Source: a virus. Taken from it: a DNA stretch of 64,000 nucleotides. The translations under genes were made by a program, and so were the position numbers. The notes beneath the pieces are model-generated. The model ran no database searches, was not told where the DNA came from, and saw only the letters and a program-made list of their open reading frames with translations. Location: positions 12,914 to 76,913 of IMG/VR virus record IMGVR_UViG_3300045911_000567. One strand, given 5' to 3'. Positions 56,140 to 64,000 of this stretch are shown one piece after another. Each line of letters opens with the position of its first letter. Positions within the stretch are counted from its first letter, which is position 1.

Positions 56140-56511
56140 TTAGTGTTCGTAGTCATCTGTGTTCTTATCTAAGTCCTCTAATGACTCAATATCATCGCTC
56201 TCTTCTATTAGATAGAAATCTATGCCTTCTCGATTAAGATACTTAACATAAGTATCGAGCATAGTTTTTATAGGAGCGCCCATCGTCATTATATTAGCAA
56301 TAAAAATGGATAACATAGAATCTTTAATTCCTGGAATCCACGGGAGGAAAAATGTTTCATAACCTTCTAATGCTTCTGAATATCTATAATCCAGTTTTCT
56401 GGGATATGAAATGCTTATAACTCTAGGATCCATCGTTTCGTAAACAATGCCGATGATTGTTTCTTGGTTGAGTAGATGTAATATGAGGATCTCTCCTCTT
56501 TTTTCTTTCAT
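56140..56511 (-). CDS. Conserved hypothetical protein downstream of uvsW
   Basis: L.L.N.E.IIG..P..PWIP pattern; acidic tail. Confidence 0.6.
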   Translation of the reverse strand: MKEKRGEILILHLLNQETIIGIVYETMDPRVISISYPRKLDYRYSEALEGYETFFLPWIPGIKDSMLSIFIANIMTMGAPIKTMLDTYVKYLNREGIDFYLIEESDDIESLEDLDKNTDDYEH

Positions 56512-56517
56512 TGCTTA

Positions 56518-57996
56518 TTATTTATCTGATAGATCAATGTCAATTATTTTGTATGTAAATTTCTCCTCATCATAGATTTTTAATCTTTCAAAAAAGTGCT
56601 TTAAGGAAAAATTTTTACTTGATTTATATGACATATCATCTGCAATATCATATAGGGTTACTGTATCAGATGTAGCAGAAATCCTTAGACCTCTACCAAT
56701 ACTCTGAAGGGTTTTGATTCTTGCTTTAGTCGGAGAAGTGAATATCACATTCTGAATGTTCGTTATATTAACGCCTGTACTAAATGTTCCTGATGATGCA
56801 ATTATTATGGCGTCTTTTTCTTTTTCTACAATATGCCTTATATCCTCTCTTACCTTAGCTTCGGTGTCTCCATACACAAAAAACACTTTTCGGTCAGAAT
56901 TCTCTTGAGTAAGTTTATCTTCTACTATTTTCTTTAATGCTTTTCCGTGTTCGATAATTTGAAACAACACCAAAGTATTTTCGGTGGTGTTAAGTATAAG
57001 ATTTCTTGTGAAAATAAGTCGCTGTTTATTTCTCAATAGAAATTTCAACTCGTCCTGATATTTGAGATTTCTTGCGAGTTTACATATCTCATCTGAATAT
57101 TTCAACACAAGACAGCGGATTTTTAAGTCAGCTAGTTGTTTTCTATCCATCAATGATTTTGTTGTAATTGTCTGATACACAGATCCGAAGAGTCCTTCTA
57201 GCACCAATCTATGCGTTTTGGTTCCGTCGAGAGTTCCGGTAGTTCCGATTCGATATTCTGTGTTTACTAAGTTGTGTAAAATTTTCTTCAGAGAATCAGA
57301 TTTAAACAAATGAACTTCATCGCCCAGAACTAAATGAAAATCTTGAAAATAAGATTTAGGCATTTTATATATGCTTTGCCATGTAGTAATAACTACATTT
57401 TTTGATGTATGTTTTTCCTTTCCTTGAAATATTATATGACATTCTTTTTCTGCATCAAAGCTAGAATCATTTTCCGAATATTTCTGAAAATCACTATATA
57501 TCTGATTAACTAGCGAAATGGTAGGAACAATCAACAAGGTTCTTTTCTTAGTCAACCTAATTATGCTGTAGATGATAGCAGATTTTCCACTGGCAGTTGG
57601 ACTTAAAATTAATCTACGTTTTTCGTTCAGTGACTGCTTGATTGCATCAAGTTGATAGTCTCTCAATTCAAAAGGAAGTTTCAGTTCATCGGTCAGGGAT
57701 TTAATTTCTTCATCTGTATAGCTATTTTTATCTTCCAGTAGAGGATCTATATCATATGAATAGTTTCGATTCTTACAAAACAATTTAAGATATGGAAGTA
57801 GACCAACATATAATGTACTATCAAATACACTGTATAACTTGATATATCCATCCCACATTTTTGCCCTATATTTGGGCATGAATTGGTATCCTGGAACTCT
57901 AAATTTGAAATAATCTGCTAATTCGTTTGAGACGTGAGCCTCGCATCTAATATGCAAAAAAACTGCATTTATCTTATTGATCACTAGATGCGACAT
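56518..57996 (-). CDS. uvsW: SF2 DNA/RNA helicase
   Basis: RDYQ, PTASGKS, DEVH, TGT, STGVNI, QSIGRGLR. Confidence 0.96.
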   Translation of the reverse strand: MSHLVINKINAVFLHIRCEAHVSNELADYFKFRVPGYQFMPKYRAKMWDGYIKLYSVFDSTLYVGLLPYLKLFCKNRNYSYDIDPLLEDKNSYTDEEIKSLTDELKLPFELRDYQLDAIKQSLNEKRRLILSPTASGKSAIIYSIIRLTKKRTLLIVPTISLVNQIYSDFQKYSENDSSFDAEKECHIIFQGKEKHTSKNVVITTWQSIYKMPKSYFQDFHLVLGDEVHLFKSDSLKKILHNLVNTEYRIGTTGTLDGTKTHRLVLEGLFGSVYQTITTKSLMDRKQLADLKIRCLVLKYSDEICKLARNLKYQDELKFLLRNKQRLIFTRNLILNTTENTLVLFQIIEHGKALKKIVEDKLTQENSDRKVFFVYGDTEAKVREDIRHIVEKEKDAIIIASSGTFSTGVNITNIQNVIFTSPTKARIKTLQSIGRGLRISATSDTVTLYDIADDMSYKSSKNFSLKHFFERLKIYDEEKFTYKIIDIDLSDK

Positions 57997-57998
57997 GC

Positions 57999-58436
57999 CT
58001 ACGATCCGCCATTAGACCACTTCAAGAAATCAATCGCATTTTTAATCAAAAAACCTCTTTTGTTTATGTTGTCGATTATAGACTCAAGAAAAGAAATTTT
58101 TTCCTGTTGCGCTGCAATCAATAAACTCTGGTCTATCAATTCTTGATCGGCATTTAAATATACACTAAGATCTTTTCCTACCAGCAATCTCATGGGTTCC
58201 CATCCGAGAGATGTCCTTTCTTCTGGATCCATTTTTCCGCTAAAATAGTCGTGTTTCAGTTTATATAGTTGTTGATATTTTGCATCAAGTTGTTTCAGTC
58301 TTAATTTCTCTTTAATATAGAGCTTATAATATTTGTTATGTAATTCTGGAATCTTAAGCGATTCTACATCCAAAGATGATTTATCGATAGAACAATCGGA
58401 TGTCCATAATTCTTGTAATTCTTCAATGCTTGCCAT
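57999..58436 (-). CDS. uvsY: Recombination mediator
   Basis: W..D..ID...L..ESLKIP.LH.KY, RGF.IKNAIDF. Confidence 0.92.
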   Translation of the reverse strand: MASIEELQELWTSDCSIDKSSLDVESLKIPELHNKYYKLYIKEKLRLKQLDAKYQQLYKLKHDYFSGKMDPEERTSLGWEPMRLLVGKDLSVYLNADQELIDQSLLIAAQQEKISFLESIIDNINKRGFLIKNAIDFLKWSNGGS

Positions 58437-58451
58437 AATATAAATTTAAAG

Positions 58452-58775
58452 TTATTTCTCAGTTTTTTTATGAATCCATTTTCCTAGTGATGGGTTTTCT
58501 AATAAAACCTGAGTTAAAGCTCCCGACAACTCACGCACGATTTTTTCTTCGCTTCTTCTATCTATACTTACTTTATATTCTTCAATGATAGAATGAAGTA
58601 ACTCATGTAAAAATGTATCCAGAAGTTCTGTGTCATCTTCGTGCGGAGCTATTTCAATTTTTGCCGCGTCATATCTAATCATTCCCATAGCCTTGTGCCT
58701 TTTGGACCAAGCCTTATCTTTAGAAACTATTTCATATACTTTTTCATTTACTTTTACTTTATGCGGTCTTTTCAT
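58452..58775 (-). CDS. Small HExxH metallopeptidase-like protein
   Basis: DTFLHELLH..EE..V. Confidence 0.7.
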   Translation of the reverse strand: MKRPHKVKVNEKVYEIVSKDKAWSKRHKAMGMIRYDAAKIEIAPHEDDTELLDTFLHELLHSIIEEYKVSIDRRSEEKIVRELSGALTQVLLENPSLGKWIHKKTEK

Positions 58776-58786
58776 CTGATGCTCTC

Positions 58787-59350
58787 CTATGGCTTTTCTA
58801 CTGTATAATAATCATACCGAAACGTCACGGTTGCAGTCATTTCTTCTGTATTCTCTGCTGTATAATTGAATTCTAGTTCAGATAGAGAAATGGGATATAC
58901 ATCGACAAAATTGATTATAAGGTGTGCGTTATTGTGAGAGGTATTGCAAAAGAGTTTTGCTTGACCATATATATGTCCTATTGGGGGAACGTTGGGTAAC
59001 GGATCTCTCTTTTCGTCGTCGAGGTTTTCGAGTTGTCCTTTTTTGAGGGTTGCATATTGTTCAAAAGATTGAGGGAAGCCGATTGCAACCATCCACGAAA
59101 AGATTTCATACCAATTTCTCATTCCTTCGGAAACTTTAAATTCTGCCACCAGATCATTGAATTGAATATGATCGCCCTGATGATATATTTTAGAGAGTGG
59201 AGTTTGTTGTTCGGCAGAATTAATATTGAGTGCTGGAATAGATACTCTCTGAATGAAATGATTGAAGTCAGGTAGACGATCTACAAAAAATTGAAACTTA
59301 TTCTTCGGTTGAAGGTTTCGATTTTTAACTTGTCTATGCTTATTATTCAT
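58787..59350 (-). CDS. gp3: Tail tube terminator/completion protein
   Basis: F.F..RLP..F.Q.V.IP, G..I.F..L..F.V.E..NW.EI..WM, FRYDYY; ATAAATA at 59379-59385. Confidence 0.85.
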   Translation of the reverse strand: MNNKHRQVKNRNLQPKNKFQFFVDRLPDFNHFIQRVSIPALNINSAEQQTPLSKIYHQGDHIQFNDLVAEFKVSEGMRNWYEIFSWMVAIGFPQSFEQYATLKKGQLENLDDEKRDPLPNVPPIGHIYGQAKLFCNTSHNNAHLIINFVDVYPISLSELEFNYTAENTEEMTATVTFRYDYYTVEKP

Positions 59351-59514
59351 GCTAAAATGAGCTCTTGTGGATACATAGTATTTATCCTAACAGAATCATA
59401 TTAGCAAAGCAAGAGAATTGCGAAAGTGTGTGGAAATATTATGAATTTATAATAATTTAGATTTTCGTCATTATATCATGGATATGGGCGGAGTCAACAA
59501 AAAATTGACTTTAT

Positions 59515-60855
59515 GTGTATATTCATGACACAATGAAGCAAATGAGAAAGCCCAGAAGTTATTATAAATCCATAGACGCAAATATACTTCTACAAATGCT
59601 CAATGAGGGATTTTCTCAGTATGAAATTAGTGACCAACTTGGTTTATGTAGAGAATACATACGAAAACTATTCCGAAGTCATAATATTCCAATTGTTAAT
59701 AGAAGAAAAAAAGAAGCTCTACCTAAAGAATTGCTACTTAAAGAACATTATGACAATCAATTGACCCTTAAAGAAATTGCTACGAAATATAATAGAACGT
59801 ACAGATCAATCAAACATCAATTCAAAAAATATCAAATAGAAGTAAGAAACAACACGGTTTTCAAAAATAACAGGAAACGGCAACAATTCATAGAAAACAT
59901 CAAACTTGATTATGGAACACTCACCAAAAAAGAGTTGCAACAAAAATATGAAATTGGTCAACAGTATATTGATTCTTTTTTGGAAGGAGAAAGAAAATTC
60001 TTTACTCAGTCATCCCAGGAAAAACTATTATATGATTGGTTAAAAAGTATGTCAGAGAATGTGATAACCAATGATAGAACGGTCATATCACCAAAAGAAA
60101 TTGATTTATTTTTGCCAGATAAAAACTTGGGTATAGAAATTTATGGTCTATATTGGCACTCGACTAAAAATCGACAAAAAACTAATCGATATGAATTGTT
60201 AGATAAGATTAACTTATGTTCCGATATATCACTTCTTCAGTTTTATGAAGATGAAATAGCAAACAAACTGGATATTTGCAAATCTATTATCTTAAACAAA
60301 CTAGGCAAATCCGAAAAAATATTTGCAAGAAAGACTTCGATTGAAATTATATCAAGTAACGAAGCTAATCGTTTTTTTAATGAAACCCATTTACAAGGAT
60401 CTTGCGTTTCTACTTTTTATGTAGGATTAAGACATAATAACGAACTAGTTTCTGTTATGTCATTTTCTAAGCACAGATTTAGTAATTCAGCACAATGGGA
60501 AATAACCAGATTTTCAAACAAACTCAACACCCAAGTAATTGGTGGAGCATCGAAATTGCTTTCATATTTTGAAAATCGCATGAAACCAAAAATAATAATA
60601 TCGTATGCAGATCGAAGAATTTCGAATGGAAATTTATACAAGAAACTGGGGTTTTCTCTTTCCCACACAACCAAACCCAACTATTATTATGTGATAGGCA
60701 AAACTCGTTCTAATAGAATGAATTGGCAGAAAAAGAAACTTTCTACCAAACTAGAACACTACGATCCGGCATTGACTGAGGAACAAAACATGCAGAACTA
60801 TGGATTCTACCGCATATACGATTCCGGGCAGTTGGTTTATAGAAAAGCTCTTTAA
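59515..60855 (+). mobile_element. Hef-like putative homing endonuclease
   Basis: HTH repeats; EIDLFLP..GIE..G.YWH; SYADR..G.LY..LGF; inverted insertion next to gp23. Confidence 0.75.
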
Positions 60856-60870
60856 ATATATAGAGTCAAC

Positions 60871-60898
60871 AAAAAAGGGAGCCATGGCTCCCTTTTTT
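60871..60898. terminator. Bidirectional intrinsic terminator
   Basis: A6-GGGAGCC-AT-GGCTCCC-T6 between convergent genes. Confidence 0.9.
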
Positions 60899-60917
60899 AT
60901 TTATTTTCAGTCTTCTA

Positions 60918-62216
60918 TTACAGAAGATTGAGGATTCGGGTCTTTCTGTAGTAAACGTTAGCGTTTGCTACCAGAGAACCGTTTGAGTTACCAGCTAAGT
61001 TACCGAATGGATTCGTTACAATACCGTAACGAGTCTTAAATCCGATTTTCGGCTGGAAGCTGTTCTCCCCAACTGCTCTTAGCATCTGAAGGGGAACATA
61101 TGGACAGTAGAACAGTCCGGCATCATATTGATTTGCGCCTTTGAAACCTACAACCGCAAAGTTGAGGGTAAGAGGAGCATAAGGATCAATAAACACTTTG
61201 AATCGACCATTAAGCACTCCAACGAAGTTATTAGCAGTATCGTCTACGTTTAGGCTATCCTTGAGTGCACTATTGCAATCAAGAAGACCTGCTACACTGA
61301 GGGCAGAAGCAGTATCACTATCACAGATAATGAAGTTACCACGTCCTCTACGAGTTTGCTTTGCAATAGCATTTGCTTCGCGCTCAAGCTGAACCATCAG
61401 ACCTTTATACTTTTCTACCGACCAACGACCGTTAGAATCTACATCGAGGTTGAACTGTCCAGCAACCGCAACATCTTGTTGAGCACCAGGAACCGCGTTA
61501 TTGTAAATGACCCGGATTACCTCTCTGTTGATTTCGGCGAGGATCTCAGCAGAAAGAATATTAGCGAGTTCTGTTTCAGCATCAAGACCATGAACCGCTT
61601 TCAAATCTTGTGCGATTTCCATGGTGTATTCTGCTTTCAGAGCACGAGTTTTAGCTTCAACAACAACTTTATCGATGCTGAAAGCCATCTCAGGAAATTC
61701 TGGTTCAGGAGCACCAGTTCCAAGACCTTCACCATCAGCAGTTGAGATTCCTTCGCCGTAGTTGTTAGGACTGAAGGGGTCGAGTGTGTTTTGCGGACCG
61801 CCACCGGTGATTCCAGTTCCGGAGAAGAAGCTATCTGCTTCGAAGTGAAGTGCTTCGTTTCCGCCCTGAGAGGTATATCTGCTCTTAAGTGCAAAGATCA
61901 TTCCGGTTGATGCCTTCATCGGCTGAACACCACAAACATCAAACGCCATCAGGTTAGGCAGTGCTCGTCTCAGCAAAGAAATGAGAACCGGATCGTAACC
62001 TTTTAGGTTTGCGTTGTTATTTGGAAACCCCTGAGCGGCGTTAGCAGGAACAGCTTCGGTTAGAAGTCCGCCTGCCTTGCTCTCAATGAGCTCTTTCTCT
62101 TGGTTTTCAAGAAGAACTGTTAGAACAGCCCTCTTATGGGCATCTCTAATAGCAGGAAGATCTTTATGATCTAGCACTTTTGCCCATTTCTCTTGAAGTT
62201 GTTCGGTAAGATACAT
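60918..62216 (-). CDS. gp23: Major capsid protein
   Basis: DPVLISL.RR, GVQPM, RALKAEYT.E.AQDLKAVHGLDAE.EL, YCPYVPL, FQPKIGFKTRYG. Confidence 0.98.
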   Translation of the reverse strand: MYLTEQLQEKWAKVLDHKDLPAIRDAHKRAVLTVLLENQEKELIESKAGGLLTEAVPANAAQGFPNNNANLKGYDPVLISLLRRALPNLMAFDVCGVQPMKASTGMIFALKSRYTSQGGNEALHFEADSFFSGTGITGGGPQNTLDPFSPNNYGEGISTADGEGLGTGAPEPEFPEMAFSIDKVVVEAKTRALKAEYTMEIAQDLKAVHGLDAETELANILSAEILAEINREVIRVIYNNAVPGAQQDVAVAGQFNLDVDSNGRWSVEKYKGLMVQLEREANAIAKQTRRGRGNFIICDSDTASALSVAGLLDCNSALKDSLNVDDTANNFVGVLNGRFKVFIDPYAPLTLNFAVVGFKGANQYDAGLFYCPYVPLQMLRAVGENSFQPKIGFKTRYGIVTNPFGNLAGNSNGSLVANANVYYRKTRILNLL

Positions 62217-62248
62217 TTGCTTAACTCCTTAGTAAGTTTTCTATATTC

Positions 62249-62256
62249 TATTTATA
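62249..62256 (-). promoter_or_regulatory. Canonical T4 late promoter TATAAATA for gp23
   Basis: Exact match; AAGGAG RBS downstream. Confidence 0.8.
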
Positions 62257-63508
62257 TGTTACGGTTTTTCACTTGTCTGGAAATAGCTTCTGCAACCAGA
62301 TCGGCTTCAGTCGAAACTTCTCTTTTTTCATGTCGATTGCTATCCAGACCGCCTTCTGCTAATAAAGATGCACTCAAGTCACCGGCTTGAGCAGATGCCT
62401 TAGCCGGGAAATAAGACTCTTTAATCACTTTCAATTTTGCTTTGAATGATTTTTCGTCATCAAACGCAAGATTTTCACAATATTTTGCAAACCGCACTCC
62501 ATCACTCTTAACAAGGTCTTCACTCAGCTCCCTGATAATAGCATTTCGTTTTAGGTCTGTTACCTCTTTACGAAGTTGCAGGTTTTTGAGATGGGTTTCG
62601 TTGAGTTCTCTTTCTAGTTCGGCAGCTTTATTTTCTGCTTCTACTAGAATATCTCGCTTAACCGATGGAACTTTAACATTATGATTTTCTAGTAATGTTT
62701 TCATGCCAGAGAAAAATTCTTCTGCAAGCTGAACCTTAATACCAGATTCGATGGCAACTTCATTTTCTTTTACCCACTCTTCGACCACATAATCAAGGTA
62801 TCCATCGACTTGCTCGGTTAGAGTTTCGGCAATTTTCTTTGTTCTTTTATTGAGTTTTTTAGCATAGATAGAAGAAAGTTTCTTTGCAATTTTAGCCGAT
62901 CTGTTCGCAACTATGTTTTTGATGGCAGCTTCAAAAAGAGCGCCAGCTTTAACTCTAAACTCTTCAGGAAGTTCCTCGTCATGAGTTAAAGATTCGACAT
63001 GCTTTTTAACATGTTCCTCTTCTTCTTCTTCGAGTTTTTTCTCTTCTTCTTCTAGTTCTTTCTCTTCTTCTTCTGAGAGTTTTTCGTCTTCTAATTCTTT
63101 AACGAGTTCTTTCTCTTCTTCTTCTGAGAGTTCTTTATCCTCTTCTTCTGCAACTACTTCATCATCGGAAGCATAAGATTCAAGGGCTTTAATTAGATCT
63201 TCTTCTTCTTCGGAAAAATGATCAGGCACTTGTTCAGCGGCATCAGAAGGATGTATAGGCAGTAATTCATCATGATGGGATGATTCATGCATTTCATCTT
63301 CTTCTTCTGGAATATGCACGGATTGTGCATTTCCATATTTGCCCGAAGCCTGAGCAACTGCATGACCGTCATGAGCAGCCTTGACAGCTCTTTTCCCAAG
63401 TTTTCCGAGAAGTGAATCTGGAACCTCCGAACTTGCATCAGAAGGATGAACAGGAAGATGTTCTTGATTTTCTCGCAGAGAACGCAATGTTTTTACTTTT
63501 GTTGGCAT
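62252..63508 (-). CDS. gp22: Prohead core scaffold protein
   Basis: LPEEF..KA..LFEAA, VDGYLDYVVEEW..EN.VA.E.G, IKESYF; upstream of gp23. Confidence 0.93.
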   Translation of the reverse strand: MPTKVKTLRSLRENQEHLPVHPSDASSEVPDSLLGKLGKRAVKAAHDGHAVAQASGKYGNAQSVHIPEEEDEMHESSHHDELLPIHPSDAAEQVPDHFSEEEEDLIKALESYASDDEVVAEEEDKELSEEEEKELVKELEDEKLSEEEEKELEEEEKKLEEEEEEHVKKHVESLTHDEELPEEFRVKAGALFEAAIKNIVANRSAKIAKKLSSIYAKKLNKRTKKIAETLTEQVDGYLDYVVEEWVKENEVAIESGIKVQLAEEFFSGMKTLLENHNVKVPSVKRDILVEAENKAAELERELNETHLKNLQLRKEVTDLKRNAIIRELSEDLVKSDGVRFAKYCENLAFDDEKSFKAKLKVIKESYFPAKASAQAGDLSASLLAEGGLDSNRHEKREVSTEADLVAEAISRQVKNRNI

Positions 63509-63542
63509 TATAAATCGCTCCTAGAAGTTGATATTTCTGTTT

Positions 63543-63556
63543 TATTTATATTTATA
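63543..63556 (-). promoter_or_regulatory. Two overlapping TATAAATA late promoters for gp22
   Basis: TATTTATATTTATA on the plus strand. Confidence 0.7.
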
Positions 63557-63563
63557 TTAAAGT

Positions 63564-63905
63564 CTAATTTTCACGTATTCTTAGATAAATTTCATCTTCG
63601 AGTTTAGACCCATTATCAAATTCAACGCGAAAAGTCATCTTATAATCATAATTATGCTCTCCGTCTCTCAAAAATACTAAAATTTTGGTTTTATTGGGTT
63701 CTAATATCAGCGGAACCGGATTAACGAATATTTCATTGGTTGCATTTGTTTTGACTTCTGGGTTTTTTCTTAACCACTTTTCAGCAGAAGCCTCGGCAGA
63801 AACAATTTCAGTTGCACCCAAAGGAAGACTTCTGCCAAAGTTTAGTTCAATAGGAAAAGACTCGTAGGGTTGTTTTTCCACAACTTGTCTTCGATCTACT
63901 GCCAT
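63564..63905 (-). CDS. Putative virion adaptor-like protein
   Basis: KQPYE..F..L, G..Y..TF.V..G.KLEDE; beta-rich. Confidence 0.55.
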   Translation of the reverse strand: MAVDRRQVVEKQPYESFPIELNFGRSLPLGATEIVSAEASAEKWLRKNPEVKTNATNEIFVNPVPLILEPNKTKILVFLRDGEHNYDYKMTFRVEFDNGSKLEDEIYLRIREN

Positions 63906-63922
63906 CTATTCTCTAATTAAAT

Positions 63923-64000
63923 TTAAAGTTTGAAGATTTTATTAGCTCCATTATCCCATTGAACAATAATGTCACCGCCGTTGGGAATAACAGGCAACCC
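63923..64000 (-). CDS. C-terminus of a conserved phage structural protein (truncated by window)
   Basis: GLPVIPNGGDIIVQWDNGANKIFKL*. Confidence 0.6.
   Translation of the reverse strand, partial: GLPVIPNGGDIIVQWDNGANKIFKL

Noticed and set aside
252-63867. Numerous short antisense or alternate-frame ORFs in the track (e.g. 567..890, 23846..24256, 31129..31578, 61356..61745)
   Set aside because: They are shadows of well-supported genes and have no motifs or translation signals.
1-64000. Stop-codon reassignment
   Set aside because: Core genes are intact under the standard code and end in TAA, TAG and TGA. The only tRNA seen is not a suppressor.

Overview
This is 64 kb of an AT-rich, T4-like myovirus genome read with the standard genetic code, with almost all genes on the minus strand. 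It carries the T4-type core. Replication and recombination genes are gp32, gp59, DNA ligase, RNase H, gp61, gp41, UvsX, gp43, gp62/44/45, gp46/47, UvsW and UvsY. Regulators are gp33, RegA and gp55. Structural genes are gp3, gp23 and gp22. Also present are class II RNR (NrdJ), PhoH, dUTPase, a CobS/CobT-like pair, lysozyme, spanins, a GH19 tail lysin, one tRNA-Asn and two Hef-like homing endonucleases. Five things stand out. (1) Several late-promoter-driven enzymes share an N-terminal MK(K/R)FxxY/FxxE peptide resembling the T4 capsid-targeting sequence. They include a ligase-fold/Pol-beta nucleotidyltransferase fusion, a HIGH nucleotidyltransferase/ParB fusion, an SprT protease and a second nucleotidyltransferase, and may form a virion-packaged, protease-matured enzyme payload. 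(2) A 570-bp non-coding origin-like region contains a five-tract G-quadruplex motif. (3) A ~100-nt rod-like hairpin lies between a nucleotidyltransferase gene and a tRNA lacking encoded CCA. (4) One ORF looks like a truncated BrnA-like antitoxin. (5) Several exported proteins look cellular in origin, including three with a shared FLWKP-like domain. All calls come from motif recognition by eye; no searches were run.
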